Of a DNA stretch of 64,000 nucleotides, positions 19,518 to 33,487 are shown piece by piece (position 1 is the stretch's first letter; the number at the start of each line of letters is the position of its first letter). The stretch lies in assembly GCA_965224085.1 (NCBI GenBank), contig CBDCYI010000004.1:992001-1056000 (forward strand). The letters run 5' to 3'. This DNA is from Candidatus Marinacidobacterales bacterium (lineage in GTDB: Bacteria; Acidobacteriota; Vicinamibacteria; Marinacidobacterales; SMYC01). The notes below the pieces were generated by a model, which was not told the DNA's origin, made no database searches, and worked only from the letters and a program-made list of their open reading frames with translations. Made by a program: the position numbers and the translations under genes.

Positions 19518-21618
19518 CTACGCCCGCACGAGCCCCGAGTGGCGTAGAAGCGCTTCCGTAGACGGTTCGCGTCCGCGAAAGCGCTTGAAGACTTCCATCG
19601 GCGACTCGCTCCCTCCGAGCGAAAGGATGGTGTCGCGGAAGCGCTTCCCCGTCGCTTCGATCGACCCCGGCTCGTCGAGCCCGGCCTCTTCGAAAGCACC
19701 GAAGGCGTCGGCCGAAAGCACCTCCGCCCATTTGTAGGAATAGTAGCCCGCGGAATAGCCGCCTTGAAAAATGTTCGAGAAGCCGCACAAGAAACGATCT
19801 TCGGGAATCGGCGGAAGCACCGTCGTCTTTTCGGCCACGCGCCTTTGGACGTCGAACACCGTTTCGTCGCCATCCGGTTCATGGCGGTGATGAAGCTCCA
19901 AATCGAGCACGCCGAAATTCAGCTGACGCAGCATGAGGCTTGCGGATCGGAAGGTGCGGGCTGCGACAATCTTGTCGAAAAACGCCTCGGGTAGCTTTTC
20001 CTTCGTTTCGACATTCTCCGACAAGCCGATCAACGTTTCACGATGATAGCACCAGTTCTCCATGAACTGGCTCGGAAGCTCCACCGCGTCCCACTCCACG
20101 TTACGGATGCCGGCGGCGAGCCCGTAATCGACGCGCGTCAGCATGTGCTGAAGCGTGTGGCCGAACTCGTGAAAGAGAGTCTCCATCTCGCGAAACGTCA
20201 TGAGAGACGGCTTGCCGTCGACCGGCGGGGACCCGTTACACACGAGATAGGCCACCGGAAGCCGCGCCTCGCCACTCGCCCGCGGGAAAAGACGGCTTCG
20301 CCCGACGACCTCGTTCATCCACGCGCCGCCGCGCTTTTCCGCGGGCCGGCTGTAGTGGTCCATGTAAAAAGCAGCGAGGTCCTCGCCGTCGCGCGCGCGT
20401 ACACGGAAAAAGCGTACGTCTTCGTGCCACACCGGCACTTCGCCATCCGCGGCGACAACGTCGATGTCGAAGAGCTTCTTCGCGAGCGCGAACAGACCGT
20501 TGAGCACGTGCGGGAGCGGAAAGTACGGTCGGAGCTCTTCCTCGCTGAAGTCGAACCGCGCTTCTCGTAAACGCTCGCTCCAAAACGCGATATCCCACGG
20601 CCTCGTGTCATCGGCCGTTTCGTTGGCGCCGTGCTCCCGCATGAAGTCACGAAGCTCGGTCGAGATCGTTTTGTGCGGCGCCATAAGAAACGACTCGCAG
20701 CTCTTCGAGAAGCTTCTCCGCGCGCTCCACCGACCCCGCCATCTTTCGAGAAAGCGAAAGCTCCGCGTAAGTTTGGAAACCTAGGAGCTTCGATTCTTCG
20801 CGCCTCAATTTCAAAATCGAGTTGATGATAGGACGGTTATCGAGCTCGCCGTCGCTCGCACGACTGACGAGAGCGCGGTATAGGGTCTCGCGCAAGCCCC
20901 GCCGCGCGCTGTGGCTCATGAAACCGAGAAAGCTCGGCGCGTCCAACGAGATGCGCCACGGTCCGGATTCGGCGGTAGCGTCCTCCCTGCCCGCGTCCCT
21001 CGCGCTTTGCGCCGCCAACTTCAAATAGCTCTGCGGCAAACCTTCGATCTCTTCTCGGGACGTCAGCTGCACGCTGAACGCTTTGGTCGCATCCAGAAGG
21101 TGGTTCCCGAAACGTGTCGAAAGCTCCGCGAGCTCGAGCTTTAACGCCCGAAAGCGCTCGCGCTCGTCGCCTTCGAGGCCAACGCCCGCAAGATCGGCCG
21201 CTTCGATGAGCTTTTCCAAGATGCGCTCCTGCGCCGCGTCGAGCTTTCCGTCCCGCCTATCCCGAAGTCCTATCAGCCGCCGATAAATCTCCTGGCTCTG
21301 GGCTATCCTCATCCCCAGCTTCACGACTTCCGGCTCCATGGTTTCGTAGGCTTCGCGCAACGCGTCGCTGTTTTGAACGCTCATCAAATGCTCGACGAGG
21401 CCCCAGCCAAATCCAAGGCGGTCCTGCGTCCGCTCGATCGGCTCGACAATGCCTTCCCAGCTCGACGTCCCGTTCGCTTCAAGCTCTTCGAGCATGGCCT
21501 CGACTTCTGCCAAAAGCGCACGGATACCCGGCGCTACGTGCGCGGGCTCGATGACATCGAAAGGCGGGACGCTCGAGGCGTCTTGCAACAGGGTGTTTTT
21601 TTTCGACTCACTCATCAT
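19518..21618 (-). CDS. prlC: Oligopeptidase A (peptidase M3), split by a frameshift near 20660
   Basis: KRGGAWM, TLFHEFGH, WDAVELPSQFMENW, YSAGYYSYKWAEVL; N-terminal half in 20647-21618. Confidence 0.92.
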
Positions 21619-21639
21619 GTCTAGTTTCCATGGTCTATT

Positions 21640-22425
21640 CTACAAATCTAGATCGATTTTTACCGGCGCATGATCCGATGGGAGCTTCCATCCGCGAACT
21701 CGGTCGAGGACGTCCACCGCGAGAAGGCGCTCGCGAAGCTTAGGCGTCACCCAGGCGTGGTCGAGCCGCCGCCCTTTGTTGACACCCTTCCAATCGGGAG
21801 CGCGATAGCTCCACCACGTGTAGAGCTTCTCGGACTCGGGAACGAAATGCCGCGCGGCGTCGACCCAATCCGCCGACGCACGCAGATTCTCGAGCGCCGC
21901 AACCTCGACGGGCGTATGGGTGACGACCCGCAGAAGCTGTTTGTGCGACCAAACGTCATTCGGAAGCGGCGCGATGTTGAGATCCCCGACGAGGATCCCG
22001 CCTGCGCTGTTCACGCCTCGCCGGCGAAACCACCGCGTCATATCGCGAAAAAACTGAAGCTTGTGCGCAAACTTGGGATTCTTGTCGGGGTCGGGCACGT
22101 CTCCCCCGGCCGGCGCATACACATTATGAAGCTCGATGCCACCCGGAAGCGTCGCGAAGATGTGACGGCAATCGGAACGACGGCACCAAGCTTTCGCTCG
22201 GGCGTCAGAGAGCGGCATTCGAGAAAGAATGGCTACCCCGTGATACCCCTTCTGCCCCGAGATGAGCTGATGTATGTACCCAAGCTGACGAAACCGCGCG
22301 GAGGGGAAAAGCTCGTCGACGCATTTGATTTCCTGCAAACAAAGGATGTCCGGCTGATGCTGCCTGAGAACGCGCAAAACCGCCCGAAGCCGCACCGAGT
22401 TGATGTTCCAGCTGATAATTCGCAA
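21640..22425 (-). CDS. xth: Exodeoxyribonuclease III
   Basis: SWNINSVR, LCLQEIK, GDLNIAP, YTWWSYR, RLDH, PSDHAPV. Confidence 0.93.
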   Translation of the reverse strand: MRIISWNINSVRLRAVLRVLRQHQPDILCLQEIKCVDELFPSARFRQLGYIHQLISGQKGYHGVAILSRMPLSDARAKAWCRRSDCRHIFATLPGGIELHNVYAPAGGDVPDPDKNPKFAHKLQFFRDMTRWFRRRGVNSAGGILVGDLNIAPLPNDVWSHKQLLRVVTHTPVEVAALENLRASADWVDAARHFVPESEKLYTWWSYRAPDWKGVNKGRRLDHAWVTPKLRERLLAVDVLDRVRGWKLPSDHAPVKIDLDL

Positions 22426-22452
22426 AACGGGACACCGAATGTTGGCCGGGAG

Positions 22453-22900
22453 CTACTCCGCTACACGAGGGAGCGGTTCAACTGTGCCTGGACAGAGTTG
22501 AACCTCCGGTTCACCGACGCGGTCAGTTGAACGACGGTACGCGTCCATTTTCTCTTTCCCGTAGTCCAGCTCCGCCATATACAGGTTGTGACAACGACAG
22601 ATGAGTCGAATATTGTTCGCGCTACGATCGCCACCGAGTCCGTATGGATCGTCGTGATAGTACTCTAGCCGGTGGCGCTCCGGACATCGTCTGCCGCTGC
22701 CAGTGACGAACGTGCATTTTCCACCATCGCGTTTCCACACGGCCCGCTTCACCGCGGCAGCGATGCCGCGCACACCCGGTGACGTGTCGGCGTCCTCGAC
22801 ATTCTTTCTCGGATTTTTCGTTTTGCGGAAACGCTTGGCTTCGACCCGCTCGTTCTCCTCGCCCCCTTCTGCTCTGTCTGGACAGAGTTGACGTTCGCAA
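22453..22900 (-). pseudogene. HNH endonuclease, C-terminal fragment
   Basis: VKRAVWKRDGGKCTF...RC..RH.LEY.H..P..LGG....NIRLICRCHN; the long N-terminal region is absent. Confidence 0.7.
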
Positions 22901-23042
22901 AGCAGCGCCAGAAATTCGAGTACAATCCGACCCCTGTCACTCGAGCCCGTCACCACTGCCAACGCCCGGCTCGAAATCTTCTATCTGGCACGTGGGACGT
23001 TGATCAATCCTGAATGCTGGTCCGAGCTATACTCCGCCCCCG

Positions 23043-24029
23043 ATGACGGTAGCCGAAGAAACCACCTCCCTCCATGTCGTTCGGGGCGCCATCGGCGGCC
23101 TTCTCATGGGGCTCGCCAACCTCGTTCCCGGCATCAGCGGGGGCACGATGCTGCTCTCGGTCGGTGTCTATCCCGAGTTCATCGGCGCCATCGCGGAAAT
23201 CACAACCCTGCGCTTCAAGCTGCGCTCGATACTTCTTCTTGGCAGCGTCGTGGCCACCGCCGCGCTCGCCATCTTGCTCTTCGCAGGTCCCGTCAAAGAC
23301 CTCGTCGTCGACCACCGCTGGATCATGTACAGCTTGTTCATCGGCCTCACGCTCGGCGGCATCCCGATCGTATGGAAGCTCGCGAAACCGATGAGCTCCG
23401 GTCTTCTCGTGGGCGCCGCGGCCGGATTCGTCGTCATGCTTTTGATGGCGCTCGGCCAGCCGGTCTCGAGTGCCTCTGCCGGACCGGCCTATGGGCTTCT
23501 CTTCGTTGCCGGGCTCGCGGGCGCGAGTGCTATGATCCTACCCGGCGTCAGCGGCGGCTATCTGCTCTTGCTCCTCGGACAATATGTGCCGATTTTGAGC
23601 GCTGTCAGCGATTTCAAACAAGGCCTGACGGGCTCGCCACGCGATTGGGCTCTCTTGATCGAAGCGATGAAAGTGGGCGTCCCCGTCGGCATCGGCGTCG
23701 TAGCCGGCGTTGTCGGAGTCAGCAATCTCTTGCGCTATCTTCTCGATCGCTACCGCAAACCCACCCTCGGTGCCCTCCTGGGCCTCCTTTTCGGCGCCAT
23801 CGTCGGCATCTGGCCGTTCCAAGGAGGCGTGCCGCCCGCGCCCGGCCAGACGATCAAAGGCACGGTCGTCACCGCGGCGAACGCGGGCAGCTTCGACGCC
23901 GAAGACTGGTCCACGGAGCACTTCACGCCCAGCGCGGTGCAAGTGCTTGCCTCAATCGCGCTCATCGGTTCCGGCTTTGCGGCCACACAAGGCGTGAGCC
24001 GTTTCGGAACAAGGCGTAACCATCTCTAA
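23043..24029 (+). CDS. DUF368-family membrane protein (undecaprenyl-phosphate translocase family)
   Basis: MGLANLVPGISGGT and AMILPGVSGG repeats; multiple TM helices. Confidence 0.88.
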   Translation: MTVAEETTSLHVVRGAIGGLLMGLANLVPGISGGTMLLSVGVYPEFIGAIAEITTLRFKLRSILLLGSVVATAALAILLFAGPVKDLVVDHRWIMYSLFIGLTLGGIPIVWKLAKPMSSGLLVGAAAGFVVMLLMALGQPVSSASAGPAYGLLFVAGLAGASAMILPGVSGGYLLLLLGQYVPILSAVSDFKQGLTGSPRDWALLIEAMKVGVPVGIGVVAGVVGVSNLLRYLLDRYRKPTLGALLGLLFGAIVGIWPFQGGVPPAPGQTIKGTVVTAANAGSFDAEDWSTEHFTPSAVQVLASIALIGSGFAATQGVSRFGTRRNHL

Positions 24030-24038
24030 CGGCTAGAA

Positions 24039-24067
24039 TTGACGGCTCCGCTCGAGCGCTGTAACAT
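24039..24067 (+). promoter_or_regulatory. Sigma70-type promoter for ahcY
   Basis: TTGACG-17 bp-TAACAT upstream of the GAAGGAG RBS. Confidence 0.55.
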
Positions 24068-24106
24068 GATTTGATTCGAACGATTTCGAGCGAAGGAGTA
24101 AGCATT

Positions 24107-25609
<1,503 letters not shown>

Positions 25610-25620
25610 TACTGATTACT

Positions 25621-25661
25621 GTGAGGTGACCTCCACGGCGGGCGCCGCAAGGTCACCTCAC
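25621..25661. terminator. Inverted repeat between convergent genes
   Basis: Perfect 12-bp stem GTGAGGTGACCT / AGGTCACCTCAC. Confidence 0.6.
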
Positions 25662-25673
25662 TCATGGAAACGC

Positions 25674-26177
25674 TTACGAAAGCGCTCCGGCCAAGAACAT
25701 GGTGCCGAAGTGAAGCGTCAAAACGGCCTTGCCTTCGAACTTGCCGTGCCCGGGCGTGATGTCGATGAGCATGTGATCGGCGCTGCCCATGCTCCCGGAA
25801 TACATCGAGTCGAGCTTGATGATGTTCGCCTCGGCCGGGGTGTCCCCACGCGAGAGGCCGCCTTTGTAGAGCGCCATCGTCCAGTCGTTGTCGCCGTTTT
25901 TGATGACGCCGATCGTGTGCTCCCCGGATGGGATCTCGGTGCTGCCAGACATAGCAGCCGCAGACAGCTTCAGCCTCGGACCCCGAGGCGTCACGAAGGT
26001 GCCCGCCGCCGCGCTCTCCGCACGGCTGAGATTCGCCGGCGTCGTGTTGTATGAGATGGTCGCTTCGGCACCACCCGGAAGCTTCGCGGTAACGGTCTTA
26101 TTGAAGTGCGGGTGGGCTAGCGCGAAGCTCGGAGCGAGCAGAAGCACCAGCACGCACAGTACGGAAACAATTTTCAT
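25674..26177 (-). CDS. Secreted hypothetical protein (DUF2911-like)
   Basis: Signal peptide ending AFA/ALA-H; 'TISY..P' and 'G.EIP.GEHT' patterns; GGAGG RBS. Confidence 0.6.
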   Translation of the reverse strand: MKIVSVLCVLVLLLAPSFALAHPHFNKTVTAKLPGGAEATISYNTTPANLSRAESAAAGTFVTPRGPRLKLSAAAMSGSTEIPSGEHTIGVIKNGDNDWTMALYKGGLSRGDTPAEANIIKLDSMYSGSMGSADHMLIDITPGHGKFEGKAVLTLHFGTMFLAGALS

Positions 26178-26534
26178 TTGCCTTCCTCCAATTCGGCGGA
26201 TGCTATCGAGCATCGGGTACTAATTGCAAGTGTCTTTGTGGCATTTCTGTGGCGGCAGCATGGCGAGCGAATGGCGCCTCAATCCAAAAGGTTTTTAGAT
26301 CGAGTAAGAAGCGCCCATCGCTCGTAAGAATTACATGCGCGCGCGCCTATCTGTTTTGCCGTTCAACTCCGTCATGTTGAAAAGTAGATTGCGAAACCGC
26401 CGCGCTTCAAGGATGTGCCGTCGGCGCGCTCGTCCTGCCGTCTGCCTGGCGCGATATTTGCTAACCTGATTAAACGTACTTCGATTCAATCAAGAAATCC
26501 GAAACCCCAGGACATTTCCCGAAAGGGGGTCGCC

Positions 26535-29500
26535 GTGAAACTTCGCCGCCGTCTCTTCGTTTGGCTCCTCGTCGCCACAGCCGGAGCCGTCGCTGGATGC
26601 AAACGCGACCAGCCTGCTCCCGTCGATCCGTCGACCCAAGATCCGCTGTGGGCCGATGTCATCGTGTCGCACACGGGCGGCTCGGTCACAAAGAAAACGC
26701 ACGTCCGCGTCCGCTTCGCAGAAGACGCCGTCAACGAAGGGCGCGTCGGGAAAGACGCGAGCTCGGTGCTCTCGATAGAGCCCGCAGTCCCGGGCAGTTT
26801 GACCTTCGTCGACCCGCGCGGGATCGTCCTCGTGCCTTCGGAGGATCTCACCAGTGGTCAGCGCTACCGCGTGACGTTGAACCGCCGTGGATTGCAGAAC
26901 ATCCCCGGAGCTCTTCGGAGCTTTGTTTTCGACTTCGAGGTCATCGAGCAGGCATTCGAGCTCGAGCTTCATGGCTTGCGCGCAAGCGCCGCGGGCGACG
27001 GAAGCATGGTCCTTGGTGGCGTGCTCCGCACCGCGGATACAGAAGACGCCGACCACATCGAACAGGTGCTCGTCGCGCACTTCCTTGGCGAGGAGCAGCC
27101 GATTGCATGGCGCCACCTGGGTGACGGCAAGGCCCACGAGTTCGACGTAGGGGCCATCACCCGACAGGACGAAACGGCCACGCTTCGGCTCGAGTGGGAT
27201 GGCTCGGCTATTGGCCTCGACAACCGAGGCAGGCGGGACGTCGACGTCCCCGCCGCGGGAGTTTTCGAGGTCACCCGTATTCAAACGGTGCGCGAAGCGC
27301 AGCCTTACGTCCAGGTCTATTTTTCGGATCGGCTCGACCCTCAGCAGAATCTCCGCGGGCTCGTCCGTCTCGGCTCGGGCGAGCACACGACACGCGTCGA
27401 AGGGAATATTCTCAAAGTCTATCCCGAGCCCGGTTTCGAAGGCACGGCCACGCTCATTCTCGAGCCCGGCATCCGAAACCGCGACGGCGGCCGCCTCGAG
27501 GACGTGTTCAAGCGCTCGGTCGCTTTCGAGAGGCAGCGGCCGCAAGTGCGCTTCGCCGGCAAAGGCGTCATTTTGCCGGACAACCCCGTCCTTCAGATCC
27601 CTTTCGAAGCCGTCGGGGTCCGCGCGGTGCGCGTCGCGGCGTTCCAGGTCTTCGAGGATAACGTCGGCCAATTTCTGCAATCGAACAAACTAGATGGCGC
27701 GCACGAGCTCAGGCGCGTCGGACGCTACCTCTGGCGAAAGAAGCTCCTTCTCTCTCCCACCGAGCCGAACCGATGGAACCGCTACAGTCTGGATGCGACC
27801 GAGCTCTTCGACAAGCACCCGGGCGGTTTTTTTCAGCTGACGCTCTCCATCACGCGCGCCGATGCGACCGCGACCTGCCCAGGGCAAGCGACGCCAGGGG
27901 ATGTCGAAGCTCCCCTCATGAACAACGAGGACCTGTGGGTGCAGGAGAGCAGCAGCTGGAGCTATGCCGAAGATTATTACGGGCAAAGCGGCGACGGTAG
28001 CAGCTGGCGCGACCGTCACGATCCTTGCAAGGACGCCTACTACCAGTACGAACGGGGCGTGCGCGACGAACGAAATTTTCTCGCATCGAATATCGGCCTT
28101 CTCGTCAAGCGCGAGCCCACCGGGAAGCTTTTCGTCGTGGCCACCGACCTCCGGACCTCGGAGCCGATGCGAAGCGTCGACATCGACCTAATTAATTTCC
28201 AGGACCAGCGCATCGGCGAGGCGAGAACGAACGTCAACGGCTTCGCCGAGATCGACGTCAACGCCACCCCGTTCTATCTCCTCGCCGAGAAAGGCACCGA
28301 TAAGGGCTATCTCAAGCTCTCTCGCGGCACAGCACTTCCCGTGAGCCATCTCGATGTCGGCGGCGAGAAAATCACCCACGGGATCAAGGCGACTATCTAT
28401 GGGGAGCGCAGCGTCTGGCGGCCGGGGGACGATCTTCATCTCACTTTGGTCGTCGAGGACCAGAGCGGCCTCATCCCCCCCAAACACCCAGTCACGATGG
28501 AGCTCATGAGCCCGCGAGGTCAGATCGTCGAGCGCTTGACCAACGCCCTGCCCGTAGGCCGCTTCTACGCCTTCACGATGCAGACCAGGGAGGACGCACC
28601 GGCCGGTATCTGGACCGCGCGCGCACGTCTCGGCGGCGCCACGTTCACGAAAGCGCTGCGTATCGAGACGGTCATGCCCAACCGTCTCAAAGTCGATCTC
28701 GATTTCGGCGCGGAGACGCTCGAGCGGAGCCACATGCCGCTCTCAGCCGAGCTCTTTGGCCAATGGCTGACCGGTGCGACGGCCGCAGGTCTCGATGCGG
28801 ACGTCCAAGTGCGGCTCGCGCCGACACCGACACGGTTGTCGCGCAGCACCGATTTCGTGTTTGACGATCCCGCTCGCACGTTCGCGGGCGAGCCCGAGAC
28901 CCTCTTCGAAGGTCAGCTCGATAGCGACGGCGTCGCCCGATTTCGCGCCAACATCGACGTCGAGCAACAAGCACCCGGTATGTTGCGGGCAAGCTTTAGC
29001 TCGCGTGTTTTCGAGCGCGGCGGTGCCTTCAGCGTGAGCCGCGAGAGCTTTCCCTTTTCACCCTACGACCACTATGTGGGGATCAAGATCCCGAAAGGCG
29101 ACGCGACCCGCAACATGCTTCTCACAGACGTCAACCACACGGTAGAGATCGCGAGCCTCGATAGAGAGGGGCAGCCCGTGTCCCTCGAGAGCGTGCGCAT
29201 CAACCTTTATAAACTTGACTGGCGGTGGTGGTGGGATAAATCCGGAGAGTCGCTCGCCGAGTATGCGAGTGCGCAGCACACCGGCGTCGTGCAGCAAGAC
29301 ACCATCGCGACCACTGACGGCCGCGGCAGATGGACGTTCCAAATCCAATACCCGACTTGGGGCCGCTACATGATCCGCGCCTGCGACACGAACGGCAGCC
29401 ACTGCACTGGCAAAGTCTTCTACATCGACTGGCCCGGATGGGCGGGCCGCGCGCAAGAGCAGTCCGGTCCGGGCGCGAGCACGCTGAGCTTCGTCTCGGA

Positions 29501-31217
29501 CAAGCCGTCCTATCGCGTCGGCGAGGTCGCCGCGATCCAGCTCCCCGAAGCTACTGAGGGGCGGGCGCTTCTCACCATCGAATCGGGCTCTCGCATTCTC
29601 GAGCAACGTTGGCTCGAGTTCCACGGTGACGCCGCCGTCGCGCCGCTTCGCGTCCCCGTCACGGCGTCCATGGCCCCGAACATCTATGTCAGCGTGACCC
29701 TCGTCCAGCCGCATGCGGGAAGGACCAACGATCGTCCGATCCGTCTTTACGGCATCATCCCTCTTCTCGTGGAGGATCCCGAGACCCGTCTCGAGCCCAC
29801 GCTCGAGGCTCCCGAAGAATGGGCACCTCGCTCGACCGCAAGGATCCAGGTCGCGGAAGCATCCGGACGCGCGATGACGTACACCGTTGCGGTCGTCGAC
29901 GAAGGCCTCCTCGGGCTCACGAACTTCAAAACGCCGAAGCTCCACGACCACTTCTTCAAGCGAGAAGCGCTCGGCATCACGACATGGGATCTCTTCGACG
30001 ACGTTGTCGGCGCCTATGGCGGCGAGCTCGAACGACTGCTCGCTCTAGGAGGCGGCAACGCCGCGGATATCGAGCAAGAGACCGAGCGCAAACGCTTCCC
30101 TCCCGTCGTGACGTTTCTCGGACCTTTCGAGCTCCCGGCACGGGCCACAAACGAACACTTGTTCGACATTCCTCAATATGTCGGCGCGGTCCGGGTCATG
30201 GTCGTTGCCGGGAGTAAAGGCGCCTACGGATCGACGGACAAATCCGTCTATGTTCGCAAGCCTCTCATGCTCCTCCCGACCCTCCCTCGTGTGATCGGGC
30301 CGACGGAAGATCTGAAGGTTCCGGTCTCCACGTTCGTCATGGACCCTTCGATCAAAGACGTCGAGTTGACGCTCGAAGTCGACGAACACTTCGAAGTCAT
30401 CGGCGCCAGAACGACGAGCCTCTCTTTCGAGACTCCCGAAGAGAAGCTCGGCTTTTTTTCGTTGAAAGCCGGACGGCGCCTCGGTACTGGGACGGTGAAG
30501 GTCACGGCCACGAGCGGACGCCACCACGCGAGCGCCGAGATCGCCCTCGAGGTTCGAAGCGCTAACCCGCCGACGACCCGAGTCGTGCGGACGACGATCG
30601 ACGCTGGGACGAGTTGGGATACGACGATCGCGCCACACGGCATGCCCGGAACGAATCAAGTGAGCCTCGAAGTCTCGGCCGTGCCTCCGCTCGACCTCGA
30701 GCGACGCGTCGACTATCTCATCCGCTACCCGCATGGCTGCGTCGAGCAGACGACCTCTGCGGCTTTCGCACAGCTCAACTTGCCTCTCTTGACGAAGCTC
30801 GATGACGCCCGGCGCACCGAAATCGAAAGAAACGTTCAGTCCGGAATCGAGAGACTCCGCCGTTTCCAGGTACCGACCGGCGGCTTCGTCTACTGGCCCG
30901 GCGGATTCTGGGTCGTCGACACGCGGAACAACTGGTCCACGAACTATGTCGGGCACTTTCTCATCGAGGCGGACCGGCTCGGCTACTACGTGCCTGCAGC
31001 GATGTTGTCGGATTGGATCAACCATCAGAAATCTGTCGCACATGCGTGGACCGGGGGAAGCGACCACGCGGCGCTCGACCAGGCCTACCGGCTCTACACG
31101 CTCGCCCTCGCGGGGTCCGCCGAGCTCGGCGCCATGAACCGCTTGCGCGAATCGAGCGTGCTGCCGCTCGTAGCGCGCTGGCAGCTCGCAGCCGCTTATC
31201 AGCTAGCCGGAATCTGA
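26535..31217 (+). pseudogene. Bacterial alpha-2-macroglobulin lipoprotein, C-terminally truncated
   Basis: Lipobox AVAGC; MG2 motif ERSVWRPGD; AVVDEGLL; thioester YPHGCVEQT. Stops inside the thioester domain where nitrilase sequence begins. Confidence 0.88.
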
Positions 31218-31834
31218 TCTGGGGACAGGGCGACGGTAGCGGCCTCCAGTTGATCGAGACCGCCGTAGGCCGTGTGGGTGCGCTGGCCTGCTGGGAGCAC
31301 TACAACGCCCTCGCCCGCTTTGCGTTGATGAGCGAGCACGAAGAGATCCACTGCGCCCAGTTCCCGGGGTCCATGGTAGGACCGATCTTCGCCGAGCAGA
31401 TGGAAGTCACCATCCGCCACCATGCTCTGGAATCGGGCTGCTTCGTCATCAACGCCACCGGATGGCTCGACGACGAGCAGATTGCCCAAATCACGCCGGA
31501 CGAGAAGCTCCAGAAAAGCCTGCGGGGAGGATGCTGCACCGCCATCATCTCCCCCGAAGGCAAGCATATGTGCGAACCGATCCAAGAAAGTGAAGGCATG
31601 GCAGTGGCCGAGCTCGACGTCTCGCTCATCACCAAGCGGAAGCGGATGCTGGACTCTGTCGGGCACTACGCGCGACCAGATCTTCTGCGCCTCGAAGTTG
31701 ACAAGACCCCGCGAAAGGTCGTTACATCTCATGTGAGCCCGCCTATCCCCCGACAGAAGGAGGAAGCGACAGATGCTGACGGAACGCGATCTTCAATCGA
31801 CCCTGATCAGCCTGAAGCAGCATCTCATCTCTGA
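31214..31834 (+). pseudogene. nitC: Nit1C (Nit6803-type) nitrilase, C-terminal half
   Basis: [10 protein letters not shown]...[17 protein letters not shown]...[15 protein letters not shown]; the region carrying the catalytic Glu and Lys is missing. Confidence 0.88.
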
Positions 31835-32898
31835 GCTTCAGACCCACGGGCTCAGGCTGACGGACGCTCCCGTGGGAGTGTCGAGTCGAAAAGGAGGTGC
31901 GGGTCCGTCCGATCACCGCGCCGTCACCGTGATGGGAACGACGGTGATGGTCCCGGTACACACCAGGAGCGCGTCCGACTCACCCTACTCCGCGGAACCG
32001 ATCGAAGGGGGCGCGCAAGCTTTTCTCTACCGGGGTGGGGACCGCGTGGGGACGCTGAGCTTTCCGCCTCAGCCGAAGTTCTACGGGCGCTTCACCGACG
32101 ATGGCATTCCCTACTGGAAAATCGCGCAGCTTCACGCGCACGACGTTCTCGCCACGACGGTGCTTCAGAACTGCATTCGCTACGCCGACGTCCGCACCCG
32201 CTGCCAGTTCTGCGCCATCGGAGAGTCGCTCACCGCCGGACGTACCATCGCGCAAAAAACTCCGGAGCAACTAGCTGAGGTCGCCGAAGCCGCTCAACGA
32301 TTGGACGGCGTGACCCATGTGGTCATGACGACTGGAACGCCGCCGACGCCCGACCGAGGTGCGGCTCTCTTGTGCGAGGCCGCCCGCGCCATCAAGAAAC
32401 GCACGGGACTCCCGATTCAGGCGCAGTGCGAGCCACCGGAGCCCATGGACTGGTTCGCCCGGCTTCGTGACGCCGGGGTCGAATCACTGGGAATGCACTT
32501 GGAGGCGTTCGATCCCGAAGTCCGCTCCCGCATCATGCCGAGCAAGGCGGAGCTCACAAATCGATTACTATTTCGAGGCCTACCGCGAGGCGGTATCGAT
32601 CTTCGGCAAGGGGCAAGTGAGCACGTATCTTCTGGCCGGGCTCGGAGATTCCCGGGACGGCATTCTGGACGGTTGCCGCGAGCTCATCGAACTCGGCGTC
32701 TACCCGTTCGTGGTCCCGTTCGTTCCGATTACCGGCACCCCGTACGCCGATCATCAGCCTCCGTCAGCCGAGCTCATGCAATCGATCCTTCAGCCACTGG
32801 GCGACATGCTAACAGAGGCTGGGATGACCTCCGAGGAGATCAAGGCGGGCTGCGGCAAGTGCGGCGCGTGCTCGTCGTTGTCCACGTTCGAGAATTGA
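31773..32898 (+). CDS. nitD: MSMEG_0568-family radical SAM protein (Nit1C), frameshift near 32560
   Basis: [10 protein letters not shown]; [13 protein letters not shown]...CQFCAIG; C-terminal GCGKCGACS in the second frame. Confidence 0.88.
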
Positions 32899-32904
32899 TG
32901 AGCG

Positions 32905-33471
32905 ATGATCGATTTGGATTTTGCTTCGTTCCTCCCGAGCGATTTCGTGTTCAAAATCGCTCGTTCCGAGGAGGAGCTTCGCGGTTTCTGGCGGCGCAGA
33001 ACCGAAATTTTTTGCGAAGAGCAAGGCCTGTTCGATGGGTCCGATCGGGACGAGTACGACGACACCATGATCCCCATCGTGTGCGTCTCACTGGTCATGG
33101 GTATGGAAGACCAGGTAGTGGGCATGGTTCGCATCGACGAGCGTGAGCCCGGACTCTGGTACGGAAGCCGCTTGGGCGTGCACCGAAACTACCGGCATCT
33201 CGCGCGCCTGAGCCACAGTGTGCCCCAGAGAAACCACCAGCCCGATTTCTACGGGGGCCGCTCCATCGGTGCGGGCCTCATCTACAAGGCAGTCTCGACC
33301 GCCAACGCACTCGGATGCCACACGTTTCTTGCTCAAGTTCAGGCGCAAAACGCGCCGTTTTTCCAGAAGCTGCATTGGCGCCCCATCCGAGAGATCGAGA
33401 TGCACGGCATCCCTCACGTAAAAATGCAGGCAGAGCTGGACTTCTACCCGCCGGCGGATCGGGTCTGCTGA
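32905..33471 (+). CDS. nitE: MSMEG_0567/Sll0786-family GNAT acetyltransferase (Nit1C)
   Basis: IFCEEQGLF.GSDRD..D; VRIDE..PGLWYGSRL; AVSTA.ALGC..FLA.VQ.QN. Confidence 0.88.
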   Translation: MIDLDFASFLPSDFVFKIARSEEELRGFWRRRTEIFCEEQGLFDGSDRDEYDDTMIPIVCVSLVMGMEDQVVGMVRIDEREPGLWYGSRLGVHRNYRHLARLSHSVPQRNHQPDFYGGRSIGAGLIYKAVSTANALGCHTFLAQVQAQNAPFFQKLHWRPIREIEMHGIPHVKMQAELDFYPPADRVC

Positions 33472-33487
33472 AGTTGGTGCCAACCCG

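Noticed and set aside
24040-24106. SAH riboswitch upstream of ahcY (GAGCGCTG resembles part of the motif)
   Set aside because: The rest of the motif and its pairing partner are missing; the segment fits better as a promoter spacer
31013-31213. N-terminus of the 273-aa nitrilase ORF
   Set aside because: It is an alternative frame of the alpha-2-macroglobulin sequence; nitrilase similarity starts at 31214
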